From Candidatus Gottesmanbacteria bacterium (GTDB taxonomy: Bacteria > Patescibacteriota > Microgenomatia > UBA10105 > UBA927), in NCBI GenBank assembly GCA_030679255.1, contig JAUXTO010000042.1:44714-108713 (forward strand): a stretch of 64,000 nucleotides of DNA, given 5' to 3'. Positions within the stretch are counted from its first letter, which is position 1. Each line of letters begins with the position of its first letter. The position numbers and the translations under genes were made by a program. Positions 22,294-32,113 of the stretch are shown piece after piece. The notes beneath the pieces are model-generated. The model did no database searches. It saw only the letters and a program-made list of their open reading frames with translations, and was not told the origin of the DNA.

Positions 22294-23262
22294 TTGTATA
22301 ATCAAATAATGCCTTACCCATCATCTGCTAAAGATCAATTCGTAAACGGCGTGCTGCATGAGTCAGATAGACTAATTACTGACCAAGTTAGAACTAGGTG
22401 GTCAGGATATGAGATGAAAAGGATCGCTAAGACAATTCCATTAATTGAAGGTGATCTTAATGATAGTCCGTTTCCATACCATTTTGATCTGAGAACAGGA
22501 GGATTTGTCGATATGGGAGCGTCTGATAGTCAAACTGTGACTGGTGTTAATCGTGATGTCATTTATCGAGTCCAATACCAAAACAGTCATGGAGAACTTG
22601 AGCAATATCCGCCTTTTAAAATCGGTGGTTTAAATATAGTTGAAGGGATCAAAGGAACATCGTTGCCTAAAGATCAGGTCGGTGGGTTGAAACGAGCGTT
22701 GGCAATGATCGAACCAAAACGGGATTTTGTTTTAGATGGAGTTGATTGGAAGGATCTAGCTATGATGAAAGCGTTGAGTGTGATAGGAGTATCCGGGCAA
22801 GATTTGCCCTGGACTACTCTCTCTGAGCGGTTTGAAGAATCTAATTCTGTAGTCCCTCAACTATTACAGTATAAAAATTTCGACGACATTCCTAATTTAT
22901 TTACTCCAGATGAACTTAAGCTAACATTTGGAATAGAATCGAAATTTAAATTATCACGTTTATTTAAAGCGCTCGCCGCAAATCCATCATCCCCTGCTAG
23001 CATATCAACGGACAATTTTTATGCAACTGTTGTAACTTATATGTTGCAAAAATCTTTACCCTCACTTTATGATTTAACAAAAGGTATAAGTACGAAGAAG
23101 CAGCTATCTGCAGATGAGCAGCAAGCGGTTGAGAAAATTACAAGTTTTTGTGTAGATAAAGGTTTGGCTATATGGGAGAATATAGAATCTGATAAGAGAT
23201 TGGTACTAAACCCGCACGTTATTAATTGGATAAGAAGTATGGTTCCCGACAAAGCTGAGTAA
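22294..23262 (+). CDS. hypothetical protein (low-GC cargo at element edge)
   Basis: 322-aa ORF, no recognisable motif. Confidence 0.45.
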   Translation: MYNQIMPYPSSAKDQFVNGVLHESDRLITDQVRTRWSGYEMKRIAKTIPLIEGDLNDSPFPYHFDLRTGGFVDMGASDSQTVTGVNRDVIYRVQYQNSHGELEQYPPFKIGGLNIVEGIKGTSLPKDQVGGLKRALAMIEPKRDFVLDGVDWKDLAMMKALSVIGVSGQDLPWTTLSERFEESNSVVPQLLQYKNFDDIPNLFTPDELKLTFGIESKFKLSRLFKALAANPSSPASISTDNFYATVVTYMLQKSLPSLYDLTKGISTKKQLSADEQQAVEKITSFCVDKGLAIWENIESDKRLVLNPHVINWIRSMVPDKAE

Positions 23263-23297
23263 TTTGTTTCATGAGTCTGAGACCAAATTTTTAACGT

Positions 23298-23537
23298 TTA
23301 CCGAAATTGGACGATGGCCAGGATGACTTGGGCTACTGCGAGGATCACTTGGGAAACGGCGAGGTAGAGCATCATACGCTGCACCCGGTCCGCGTCTTTA
23401 TTAAACCGCTCAATAGTACCGATGAGCCTCCGGAAAATTTCTGCGTGTGCGCTCTCCGTGTACTGCCGCTCTTTATTGGAGAGGAGCGTATCCACGATTG
23501 CTTCATTTGATTGTTCTTTGGGGTTAGTAGTTGTCAT
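23298..23537 (-). CDS. small membrane protein (C-terminal TM with internal SQVILAVAQVILA repeat)
   Basis: 79-aa ORF, hydrophobic C-terminus. Confidence 0.3.
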   Translation of the reverse strand: MTTTNPKEQSNEAIVDTLLSNKERQYTESAHAEIFRRLIGTIERFNKDADRVQRMMLYLAVSQVILAVAQVILAIVQFR

Positions 23538-23556
23538 GTGATCGTATTCTAAGATA

Positions 23557-24300
23557 TTAGCTACCCTTTTTCCACTTTACAGAAGTAAGCAGGGGCGCAT
23601 ACATATCATCGTCAAGAGAAATTTCTAATGCTTGAATCTCTTTTTGGTTCGGCGGACGGCTCAGATATGATGCAAAAGGGAAATTGCGGATGAGAGCGAG
23701 GGGCGTCTGTTCATTTCCTTCGCCCATGACGCTGACCGCTGCGGCGGCCAGGCTATCGATGACACTGGCTTTCGTGGCATGCAGGTTTTTGCCAAAAATA
23801 TCCGGCGTCCCGATGTAATTTTTCAAAGGCTCGATACCGCACCAGGCAATCGACCGGCCCAGTGTGCCCCATTGGAGGGGATCAACGTGGGTATCCGTCA
23901 CGATGACGCCGATGTTTTTGAGATGAGATTTTTGCTGGACATGCGTCCAAATCATTGCCGCTGACTCAAAAGGGTTCCGTGGCCAGAGAATGAAATATCC
24001 ATTGCCATTGCTTTCGTCGATGCCGGAATTGGCGACAAGTTTATGGTTTTTGATTGTGATCGTCATACCATACGTTTCTGAAAGCGGTAAATCCAGGTAG
24101 CGATCCGCTTCCTGTTTGATAAGTGTGAGCTTGTCCGTCTGTCCGTCATTTTTGACGAGCGACTGCTCGCATATGCTCACGATTTTGGATGTGACGGCCA
24201 GGATGTCTCCTTCATGAAGTTTTGGAAGATACTGGTCCAGTATTGCCAATAGCTCATCGCCTGGTAAGATGGGTTTGGTTTTGATGGCGGTCACTTCCAT
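23557..24300 (-). CDS. CofE-like gamma-glutamyl ligase (F420-0:L-glutamate ligase family) protein
   Basis: 247 aa; LPGDELLAILDQYLPKLHEGDILAVTSKIVSICE pattern of CofE/F420 ligase family. Confidence 0.6.
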   Translation of the reverse strand: MEVTAIKTKPILPGDELLAILDQYLPKLHEGDILAVTSKIVSICEQSLVKNDGQTDKLTLIKQEADRYLDLPLSETYGMTITIKNHKLVANSGIDESNGNGYFILWPRNPFESAAMIWTHVQQKSHLKNIGVIVTDTHVDPLQWGTLGRSIAWCGIEPLKNYIGTPDIFGKNLHATKASVIDSLAAAAVSVMGEGNEQTPLALIRNFPFASYLSRPPNQKEIQALEISLDDDMYAPLLTSVKWKKGS

Positions 24301-24336
24301 ATAATCGCATTATATATCAGGTGGTATACTACATCT

Positions 24337-25170
24337 ATGAAGGATAAATATTCCGCCATATGGGTTTCTCATTCCTCAATCGGTGACTATCTCAAATGTC
24401 CGCGGGCGTATTATTTGCGTAATGTCTACCGTGATCCAAAAACGAATCATAAAATTTCTCTTATGGCGCCTGCCTTGGCTCTTGGGCAAATAGTCCACGA
24501 AGTAATTGAATCGCTCTCGACCCTCCCGGTAGAAGAACGGTTTACCCAACGCCTCATTGACCGATACGCCAAAAGTTGGGAGAAAGTCAGCGGGGAGCGC
24601 GGGGGATTTGCCTCAGCGGAGGAAGAAGAAAAATTCCGTATCCGGGGAGAAGAAATGATTGCCCGGGTGGTCGATCATCCCGGACCCCTCACCCATAAAA
24701 CCATCAAGATCCGTCAGGAGCTCCCGTACTTTTGGCTTTCGGAGGAAGACAATATTATTCTCTGCGGTAAGATCGATTGGCTAGAGTATCTAGAGGAGAG
24801 TGATAGTGTCCGCATCGTGGACTTTAAAACGGGTAAGTTTGATGAAGAACCCGACTCGCTGCAGCTCCCGATTTATTATCTCCTGGCCTCCCGCTGTCAG
24901 ACGAAGCCGGTCACCGGTATAAGCTACTGGTACCTCAATCGTGATCCGGAGCCGGTTGCCATGGATCTGCCGGACAAAGATGACGCTATCACCCGTATCC
25001 TTGAGTATGCCAAACGGATTGCTCTCGCCCGTAAACTTGGACGGTTTGTTTGTAAAGATAAAGACGGATGTCGCGCATGCCGTCCTCTTGAGGCAATTGT
25101 GTCAGGAAAAGCAAAACTTGTGGGGGTCAATGATTTTGGACAGGACCTCTATGTTCTTTTATCCGCGTGA
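24337..25170 (+). CDS. PD-(D/E)xK nuclease superfamily protein, Cas4/RecB-like with Cys cluster
   Basis: 277 aa; N-terminal CPRAYYL Cys plus C-terminal CKDKDGCRAC; D...IVDFKTGK nuclease motif. Confidence 0.6.
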   Translation: MKDKYSAIWVSHSSIGDYLKCPRAYYLRNVYRDPKTNHKISLMAPALALGQIVHEVIESLSTLPVEERFTQRLIDRYAKSWEKVSGERGGFASAEEEEKFRIRGEEMIARVVDHPGPLTHKTIKIRQELPYFWLSEEDNIILCGKIDWLEYLEESDSVRIVDFKTGKFDEEPDSLQLPIYYLLASRCQTKPVTGISYWYLNRDPEPVAMDLPDKDDAITRILEYAKRIALARKLGRFVCKDKDGCRACRPLEAIVSGKAKLVGVNDFGQDLYVLLSA

Positions 25171-25611
25171 AGAGCGTTTAACGAGTTTGGCGACAAACAC
25201 GATCTCGCGCACCTCTCCGTCATCTGTTTCAAACTCCGTCGATCCCGTGAGGCGTGCAAACTCGCGTAGGTACTCGGAGAGCGACGCATCCGCCTCTTTG
25301 ACCTCTGTCGCCAGTTCATTTGCTTTATCAACGAGTATCTTATTTGCCGGTGCTTTCATGAGTTCTGATTTGGTCGCAGCTTTCACTTTTGCTGCTTTTT
25401 TTGCTTCCTCTTCATGGAGTTTATAGGTTTCGTCATTGGATAGCGCACTTGCGACCATTTCTCGGAGCTTCTTGAGCTCTGTTTTATTTGCATCAATTGA
25501 GGTTATGTGTTGTTTGATCAAGCCTTCTAGGCTCGTCAGTACCGTGGGATCAGCGTGTGGTTGAGTAGAAGGTTCGGAACTGACAATTTGCGCGTCTTGT
25601 ATGTCTGCCAT
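25159..25611 (-). CDS. hypothetical coiled-coil protein
   Basis: 150-aa ORF convergent with nuclease. Confidence 0.4.
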   Translation of the reverse strand: MADIQDAQIVSSEPSTQPHADPTVLTSLEGLIKQHITSIDANKTELKKLREMVASALSNDETYKLHEEEAKKAAKVKAATKSELMKAPANKILVDKANELATEVKEADASLSEYLREFARLTGSTEFETDDGEVREIVFVAKLVKRSSRG

Positions 25612-25682
25612 AGAACTATACTATACGGGGCATACACCCGCGAAATCAATAGGGAAGTTTATGGTATACTAGTTTCTCACGT

Positions 25683-26369
25683 ATGTGGAAACATGTCATT
25701 GGTATTGGCGCAATCGTTTCCCTTATCGGGGTGATTGGGTTTCTGGTGGTGAAGCCCACACCGCAACCCGAGGAAACGAGAGTATTGCCCAGTCCAAGTC
25801 CGACACAAGCGGCTGTCGATGTGTTAAGTGAAACTATATCCGTGACACCGACATCAACAGCCGTTACGCCGACACCGATGACATTTGATATGAAAAAATC
25901 CTACACCGCCATCCTTCACACAGAGAAAGGGGACATTACGATTGTCCTTAATGCCCGCGACACGCCCAAGACAGCGGAGAACTTTGTGACACTCGCCCGG
26001 AAAAGTTTCTATGATGGTACGGTATTTCACCGGGTGATCCGCGGTTTTATGATTCAGGGGGGAGATCCCAAAGGCGATGGCACCGGAGGACCAGGATACA
26101 AATTTGCCGATGAACCGATTACCGGAGAATATAACCGCGGGACGGTCGCTATGGCCAATAGCGGCCCCAATACGAATGGTAGCCAGTTTTTTATCATGCA
26201 CGCGGATACCGCACTCCAGAAAGATTACGTCATTTTTGGCCGTGTAACGAAGGGTTTGGATGTTGTGGACGCCATTGCCACCGCAGCTGTTAAAATGAGC
26301 CCGTCGGGTGAGGATTCTACACCCGTGACACCGGTCAAAGTAACATCGGTTGATATTATCGAGAAGTAA
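25683..26369 (+). CDS. ppiB: cyclophilin-type peptidyl-prolyl cis-trans isomerase with N-terminal TM anchor
   Basis: FHRVIRGFMIQGGDP...GTGG...FFI cyclophilin signature. Confidence 0.85.
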   Translation: MWKHVIGIGAIVSLIGVIGFLVVKPTPQPEETRVLPSPSPTQAAVDVLSETISVTPTSTAVTPTPMTFDMKKSYTAILHTEKGDITIVLNARDTPKTAENFVTLARKSFYDGTVFHRVIRGFMIQGGDPKGDGTGGPGYKFADEPITGEYNRGTVAMANSGPNTNGSQFFIMHADTALQKDYVIFGRVTKGLDVVDAIATAAVKMSPSGEDSTPVTPVKVTSVDIIEK

Positions 26370-26586
26370 TGCGGTCGGGCATAGCGGTTGTGTATTGAGC
26401 CAGAGTATGCTATACTCCTATCTACTGTTGGATTGAAGTAATCCATCTGCTTAACAAAGATAAGTTTCCTAGAAGTGTAAGAGAAAAAACGCCCCAAGAT
26501 TTATTAATAACTTCTGCGTCTTTTCCTCATTTCCGTTAATTTTCCGGTTTTAAGCAGTTATATTTTTTCAATAGGCTCTCAATACT

Positions 26587-27780
26587 ATGAGATTTGACCG
26601 TCCTCACTTTCAACGCCGCGGGTTTTCCGGAGGGAATCGTTCCCGTCCGATTAAAACCGTACCCAAAGCGGCTCTTATGGCCAGTATCGCCCAAAGTAAG
26701 ATCGCGTCCCAAAGAGAACCGGTAGTGTCAAATGAGCCCATCATCACCCACGTTTTTGCGGATTTCGCCCTTGACCGGCAATTACAGGAAAATATCCGGG
26801 CCAAGAGCTACGTTACCCCGACTCCCATTCAGGATCAGGTCATTCCGGCGATCCTTGCGGGCCGGGACGTCATCGGGACCGCTAAAACCGGCACAGGAAA
26901 GACGGCCGCGTTTCTCATCCCCCTTATCCAAAAAGTGACCCTTGACCGCGCCCAACGCGTGCTCGTCGTTGCTCCCACGCGGGAGCTTGCCTACCAAATT
27001 CATAAAGAACTTCGGGATTTTGCACGAGGTCTATCGATCCGTAGCGCACTTCTCATCGGTGGCACAGGGGAGTGGCGGCAGAAGGAAGACCTCTACCGCG
27101 ATCCGCACTTTGTCATCGCCACACCGGGACGGCTTAAAGATTTCATTGAAACCCGGGCGATTCGATTGTCAGGATTCCGCAACGTAGTCCTTGATGAAGC
27201 GGACCGTATGGTCGATATAGGTTTTATCAACGATATCAAATATTTCATATCGCTTATCCCGAAAGAACGACAATCGTTATTTTTTTCCGCGACCATCTCT
27301 GGCGGCGCTGGAGAGATTCTTACGGATTTTGTCCGTAATCCCGTGAAGGTTTCCGTCAATACTCAGGACTCAAAAGCCACCATCATGCAGGATGTCATTC
27401 CTGTCCCCGGAAACACGACGAAGCTTGCGATGCTTCATGAAATGCTTAAGAAAAAGGAATTTGACAAGGTGTTAGTGTTCGGGCGCACCAAGCATGGGGT
27501 TCAGCGGCTCTCTGATGAACTGGAAAAACGCGGGGTGAGGGCGGGCGCCATACACGGCAACAAACGGCAAAACCAACGGCAATATGTCCTTAACCAATTT
27601 GCCAGAAGCGAGATCCAGATATTACTGGCCACGGATGTAGCCAGCCGCGGTCTGGATATCCCAAACGTTTCCCATGTCATCAATTGGGATCTTCCGGAGA
27701 CCATGGATGACTATACGCACCGCATCGGACGCACCGGCCGCGCTAATAAACAGGGGATTGCCCTTACCTTCATTGACTGA
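26587..27780 (+). CDS. DEAD-box ATP-dependent RNA helicase
   Basis: PTPIQ, AKTGTGKT, DEAD (LDEADRM), SAT, HRIGRTGRA motifs. Confidence 0.9.
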   Translation: MRFDRPHFQRRGFSGGNRSRPIKTVPKAALMASIAQSKIASQREPVVSNEPIITHVFADFALDRQLQENIRAKSYVTPTPIQDQVIPAILAGRDVIGTAKTGTGKTAAFLIPLIQKVTLDRAQRVLVVAPTRELAYQIHKELRDFARGLSIRSALLIGGTGEWRQKEDLYRDPHFVIATPGRLKDFIETRAIRLSGFRNVVLDEADRMVDIGFINDIKYFISLIPKERQSLFFSATISGGAGEILTDFVRNPVKVSVNTQDSKATIMQDVIPVPGNTTKLAMLHEMLKKKEFDKVLVFGRTKHGVQRLSDELEKRGVRAGAIHGNKRQNQRQYVLNQFARSEIQILLATDVASRGLDIPNVSHVINWDLPETMDDYTHRIGRTGRANKQGIALTFID

Positions 27781-27802
27781 CCATTAGGCCATAGATAATT
27801 TC

Positions 27803-28168
27803 TTGGAAATAGTGTATAATGCACCCATAATCCAACAATCCGGAATCAGTAATTATTCTACGAAAAATCAGCGGGACATTATCCTCGACACTGCTGATAA
27901 TCTCACCCAGATAGGGCAGTGGGCACGGGATTGTTTTCATAAAGAAGAGGAGCGTATTGAGCTGTTTTTGACGCTTACCCGCAAAAATCTCAATTCTCTT
28001 CAGGGATTTCCTCTATCCACTGCGTTTGTCCATGACTATAAGAAATTTTGTAAAGGATTTGAGAAATTGGAAGAAGAATACCGCATCGGCATCAGCGACC
28101 GCTCTGAGTGGTCCAAAGGAATCCTCAAGTGGGCATCAAGCCTCACCCAAAGCTCGCATTTACTGTAA
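27803..28168 (+). CDS. hypothetical protein
   Basis: 121-aa ORF. Confidence 0.3.
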   Translation: MEIVYNAPIIQQSGISNYSTKNQRDIILDTADNLTQIGQWARDCFHKEEERIELFLTLTRKNLNSLQGFPLSTAFVHDYKKFCKGFEKLEEEYRIGISDRSEWSKGILKWASSLTQSSHLL

Positions 28169-28464
28169 TTATATCCCATAATGTGATATAATATGGGGTA
28201 TGAGTGATGAACAAGATACATGGCTAAGTATTAAAATTAAACCAACAAATTTGACGGCAGACGTTAGTGCGCTGGATGCCAAATTGGAATCAACTTTTCC
28301 TGCTGGTGTGACACAACATTATGAAGATGGAAAACGAGCTAATAGACAAAACGTGTTGGTAAAAACGGTACTTTAGATTGTTCTTTTGCCCCATATCTAA
28401 ACAGTTATGCTTCTGGTAGCATAATCCGCATGAAAAAACACTCTGTTCTCACTGCCAAACCCCT

Positions 28465-29409
28465 ATGCAGCGGTGGGGAAAAACTGCTGCAGGAAATATC
28501 CGCTGGTACTGCCCACGATGTCTTCATTCGCGCATTAGAAGACGGAAGGATGTTTCGATTCGATCGGCACATGCTCTGTTTGTCACATGGCTTACCGGTA
28601 CAGCATCGTTAGGAGAAATTGCTCGTTCAAAAAGGGTTTCTGTCAGAACACTTGAACGCCGATTTTCGTGTTTCTTGGAAAAAAAGAGCCCGGTTACATG
28701 GTCATCATCTGTCGATGTTCTTATCATCGACGGCCTCTATTTAGAACCCAGAGAGAACTGTGTTCTTATTGGAAAAACAAAAACAACAATCGTTCAGTGG
28801 TTGTTTGTCCAACGAGAAAACTATGGTTCATGGCGTCTCTTTTGCCAACATATTCCTGCCCCGCGCGTGGTCGTCTGTGACGGTCAACGAGGGATGCGGG
28901 CAGCTTTGCGTGACGCATGGCCGCATACTCTTGTCCAACGGTGCATGGTCCATATATTTCAGTTAGCAACAGCACGATTAACAAGGAGACCAAAAACTCC
29001 TGCAGGGCAAGACCTGCGTGTTTTGGTCCAGCAGCTTTTTGCTATCCATACAAGGAGACAGAAACGCCGATGGATCAGGAAGTACAGAAAATGGAGAAAA
29101 CGATATGACCATTTCCTCAAGGAACGAACAATTGGGCAGCAACCAGGCAAGAAACGGACGTGGTGGTATACCCATAAACGGATCCGGTCTGTGCGTACGC
29201 TCCTGGACAATGCACTCCCAGAATTATTTACCTACATCGGACACCCGGAAATCCCAAGGACCACGAACCACGTCGAGGGAGGAATCAATAGTAGGCTTTC
29301 AGAATTACTGTACCGTCATCGAGGAATATCCTTGGAGAAAAAGGAGGTGTTGGTTGCAACGTTCTTGGGGAGGAAACAGGGGCAAAAACCAACACGAAAT
29401 GTCTATTAG
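28465..29409 (+). CDS. IS1595-family-like DDE transposase
   Basis: 314 aa; N-terminal Zn-ribbon RWYCPRC; C-terminal TTNHVEGGINSRLSELL (TNxxEsxNxxlK) typical of IS1595/ISXO2-like transposases. Confidence 0.55.
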   Translation: MQRWGKTAAGNIRWYCPRCLHSRIRRRKDVSIRSAHALFVTWLTGTASLGEIARSKRVSVRTLERRFSCFLEKKSPVTWSSSVDVLIIDGLYLEPRENCVLIGKTKTTIVQWLFVQRENYGSWRLFCQHIPAPRVVVCDGQRGMRAALRDAWPHTLVQRCMVHIFQLATARLTRRPKTPAGQDLRVLVQQLFAIHTRRQKRRWIRKYRKWRKRYDHFLKERTIGQQPGKKRTWWYTHKRIRSVRTLLDNALPELFTYIGHPEIPRTTNHVEGGINSRLSELLYRHRGISLEKKEVLVATFLGRKQGQKPTRNVY

Positions 29410-30043
29410 CTCTGGAAAACACAGTTTTAGACCTGAAGCTGATGGCACTTATGAAGTAAGATTATTAGTGCCCTCAGTGAGACCTCACGTAGAACAAACA
29501 ATCTATTCACACAATTTTGAGCTGATTCAAATCATGGAGCAACCGGGTGATAAAGTTCTTCCTCTAACCTCTCGAGTTTAATTTTTTATTATTGTAGCTA
29601 GTAGTAAGTACTCTGTTTCCACAAAATTCAAACCCATTTCAAAGAAAATTTGTGATCGCCAGGCTCCAGCATGGTCGTCCTCCGCGCTTTCGTTTAAAAA
29701 CATTTTTCTACCTCCCTACAAGATAAAAGCCCCGCCTCGGCGGAGCAAAAAAATCCTACTATTATCGATAGACCATACGCAGATGATATACTCGAAATAT
29801 GTATTTAGTTCTTATAGCGTTATCGCTTATTACTCTTGTTGTATTAGATTGGAAAGTTGGATTACCCGTGGCTATTATAGTATTTTGTTTAGATAGGGTT
29901 ATAGATCGTTCTAGAAGAGAGTTAGAGGAAAAAATCAATAAACCACTGTAATTCGATTCTTTGTTTGAATAGGCCCATCAATCTTCCAGGTTAAAGTGCT
30001 AAAATAAGCGCAGCAATTCATTGTGTTGAAAGGAATGTACCTA

Positions 30044-30375
30044 TGACAAACCCAATTACAATATTTGAAGAAATAAAGAAAATGAATGAATACCAGTCGG
30101 AGTATTGGTCTGCGCGTTAGTTCGCGAAAATTTTGGAATATGCAGATTATCGTAACTTTGAGACTGTTATTAAAAAGGCTAAGGAATCGTGTAAACATAG
30201 CGCCCAGTCAATCCGCGATCATTTCGTTGACGTCACCGATATGATCGAAGTAGGTAAAACTGCATCACGAAGATTCGTCAAACCATACAAGAGCTTGGCG
30301 GTACTATGCCTGAGCGGTTATGGGCGGGTGATGATATTACAAAAGCAAAAAGAAGAATATCATCACAGAAATTAA
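30044..30375 (+). pseudogene. disrupted DinD/DNA-damage-inducible protein D-like gene (in-frame TAG after 25 codons, 3' frame change)
   Basis: MTNPITIFEEIKKMNEYQSEYWSAR*FAKILEYADYRNFETVIKKAKESC... matches N-terminal consensus of DinD-like proteins but interrupted. Confidence 0.4.
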
Positions 30376-30497
30376 CGAAACAATTGAGCGTCGGTGATGA
30401 ACATGATACTTCGTAAGGTTGTCAACAACCTTCCTGGTTAATTATCGAACCTCACCCAAAGCGCACATTTGTTGTAACGTCACGTTTCCCCAATTAT

Positions 30498-30995
30498 CTA
30501 TCCAATACTTGTTTGCGAATAATAGAGTGATTCGATGACTTGCAGATCGGAAGTAGGTACATCAGCAGAGAGCGATTCCAATATCGTATGAGTTTCCGGA
30601 TCTTCTAATGCTATTTTCCATTTGCCTGTATCGTTATATGCGCAACTTGGTGGAAACATATGATGATGCCACAACGCACCTTTACTAATGAGTTCCTGAG
30701 CGCGCTTTGCAATGAGCATGGAAGACGGAGAAAGATTACTTTCCATAGTATTCGATTTTTTTACATCAACATTATGGAGAAGTGCCAACAGCTCTTTGCC
30801 AAGCTCCATCATGGGTTTGGAAGAGTAGGAGATATACATTGTATTATTCGTCCGATCTTCTACCACAAATCCAAATTGTGATTTTGTATTAAACCTGCAC
30901 GTTGGGGAAAATAAGTGATAATGCCAAGTGGCTCCACGAGATTGGCAGTCAAGAGCAATTTTTTTGATCGATTTTTTATCTACCTCTATGAACAT
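30498..30995 (-). CDS. hypothetical protein with internal tandem duplication
   Basis: 165 aa; two homologous ~75-aa halves (GATWHYHLFSPTCRFN / GALWHHHMFPPSCAYN). Confidence 0.4.
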   Translation of the reverse strand: MFIEVDKKSIKKIALDCQSRGATWHYHLFSPTCRFNTKSQFGFVVEDRTNNTMYISYSSKPMMELGKELLALLHNVDVKKSNTMESNLSPSSMLIAKRAQELISKGALWHHHMFPPSCAYNDTGKWKIALEDPETHTILESLSADVPTSDLQVIESLYYSQTSIG

Positions 30996-31157
30996 ATTTT
31001 CTATAGTATCATTTTTTACAAAAATAGATGGCTTGCAAACCGCAGCTCAAGCGAAAGATGGTACCCCGTGCCGAATTGCCGCGAGTACGCGGCGTTCGCC
31101 AGCAGAGGTTTATCGTGTTAGATAGCTCCAAAATGTTTTATAGGCTATAATCACGCC

Positions 31158-31499
31158 ATGCCATCTGGTGTCTGCGCCAATTGTCATAATAAGGGTTGTG
31201 AAATCAAAGATCCCGTTGTGGCCAAATGGGATCTTTCGGCAACCACTTGGCTGGAATGCGCCTTCTCTTCATGCGCCGACGGATTAAAGGCAGCCAGAGA
31301 TGCAAGAGATTCAGGACAGTACGAAGACATTTTCCTTGCTGACGGAAGCCAAATACAAGCAGCGATGTTTGGAACCGCGGAAAAGGAAACTGCAGACTAT
31401 TACCCACATCGCGGTTGCACCAAAGCAGGGATAATACTCGGCGAAACACTGGAAGGTTATAAGCCTACGGGTCAAACTCTTTATACGCGAAGCGCCTAG
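31158..31499 (+). CDS. Cys-rich hypothetical protein
   Basis: 113-aa ORF; CANCHNKGC...C...C..C. Confidence 0.3.
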   Translation: MPSGVCANCHNKGCEIKDPVVAKWDLSATTWLECAFSSCADGLKAARDARDSGQYEDIFLADGSQIQAAMFGTAEKETADYYPHRGCTKAGIILGETLEGYKPTGQTLYTRSA

Positions 31500-31533
31500 T
31501 AAGGAGAAGCAGTTTTTGATAGTATATAAGGGT

Positions 31534-31605
31534 GGCCCCATCGTCTAGCGGTTAGGACAACGGGTTTTCAGCCCGTTTACACCAGTTCGAATCTGGTTGG
31601 GGCTA
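31534..31605 (+). tRNA. tRNA-Glu (anticodon UUC), CCA not encoded
   Basis: GGCCCCATCGTCTAGCGGTTAGGAC start typical of tRNA-Glu; anticodon arm ACGGG-TTTTCAG-CCCGT; T-arm ACCAGTTCGAATCTGGT. Confidence 0.8.
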
Positions 31606-31651
31606 CTTAAATCGCAGCAGAATAGTTATATTTATTGGAAGGAGAAATAAT

Positions 31652-32113
31652 GTGAGCGTAAATCAATATAACTTTAGAGGTCGTCTTCAGGATGTTGCAA
31701 AGGGTACTATAACTCTAAACCAGAAACTTAGTGCCATAACTACGTTAATATCATCCGTGTTAAAGCAAGATTCAACACTTCGAATTAGATATGTAGCTGG
31801 AAGAGTTACTTCCGATGGGCAGGATTTCATCAGTCAGAATCTGATAAAACTGAATATATATACTGACAAGCTTGAAAATATGTACGGGCAATACGTATTT
31901 TCTGCAGCAGATGTTTTTCCGGACGAAACATATTGGAAAAAAAATATAACGACAAAGGAACTTAAATACATCTACATAGATTTTTGGCAGAAGATATTAA
32001 AGAACGGAATTACAGATATGTATATGTCTCCTGGATGGGAGACATCAAACGGTGCAACGTTTGAACACGAATTTGCACAAAAAAACGGAATAGAAGTTCA
32101 CTACCCTATCTAA
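31652..32113 (+). CDS. DUF4406/nucleoside 2-deoxyribosyltransferase-like protein
   Basis: 153 aa; IRYVAGRVTSDG (like IYLAGPMTG) and C-terminal YMSPGWETSNGATFEHEFAQKNGIEV motif. Confidence 0.45.
   Translation: MSVNQYNFRGRLQDVAKGTITLNQKLSAITTLISSVLKQDSTLRIRYVAGRVTSDGQDFISQNLIKLNIYTDKLENMYGQYVFSAADVFPDETYWKKNITTKELKYIYIDFWQKILKNGITDMYMSPGWETSNGATFEHEFAQKNGIEVHYPI

Larger units (their letters stand above)
6999..23290. mobile_element. integrated phage-/satellite-like element adjacent to tRNA-Lys (boundaries approximate; right end set by GC shift)
   Basis: serine recombinase + Xis-like HTH + primase + TerS/TerL + large structural-like proteins; GC visibly lower than flanks; ends before higher-GC CofE-like gene. 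Confidence 0.55.

Noticed and set aside
21600-23300. Direct repeat of the tRNA-Lys 3' end as attR
   Set aside because: No convincing copy of TTCGAATCTCAGCCGACTCACCA was found near the GC transition. Serine integrases do not require one, so boundaries are left approximate.
29018-29581. 187-aa ORF overlapping the 3' half of the transposase gene
   Set aside because: Different frame of the same DNA as the motif-supported transposase, with a low-complexity translation. Likely artefact.
28390-29600. Terminal inverted repeats of the IS1595-like element
   Set aside because: Only an 8-nt partial match (CAGTGAGA / TCTCACTG) was seen between flanks. Too weak to define IS ends by eye.
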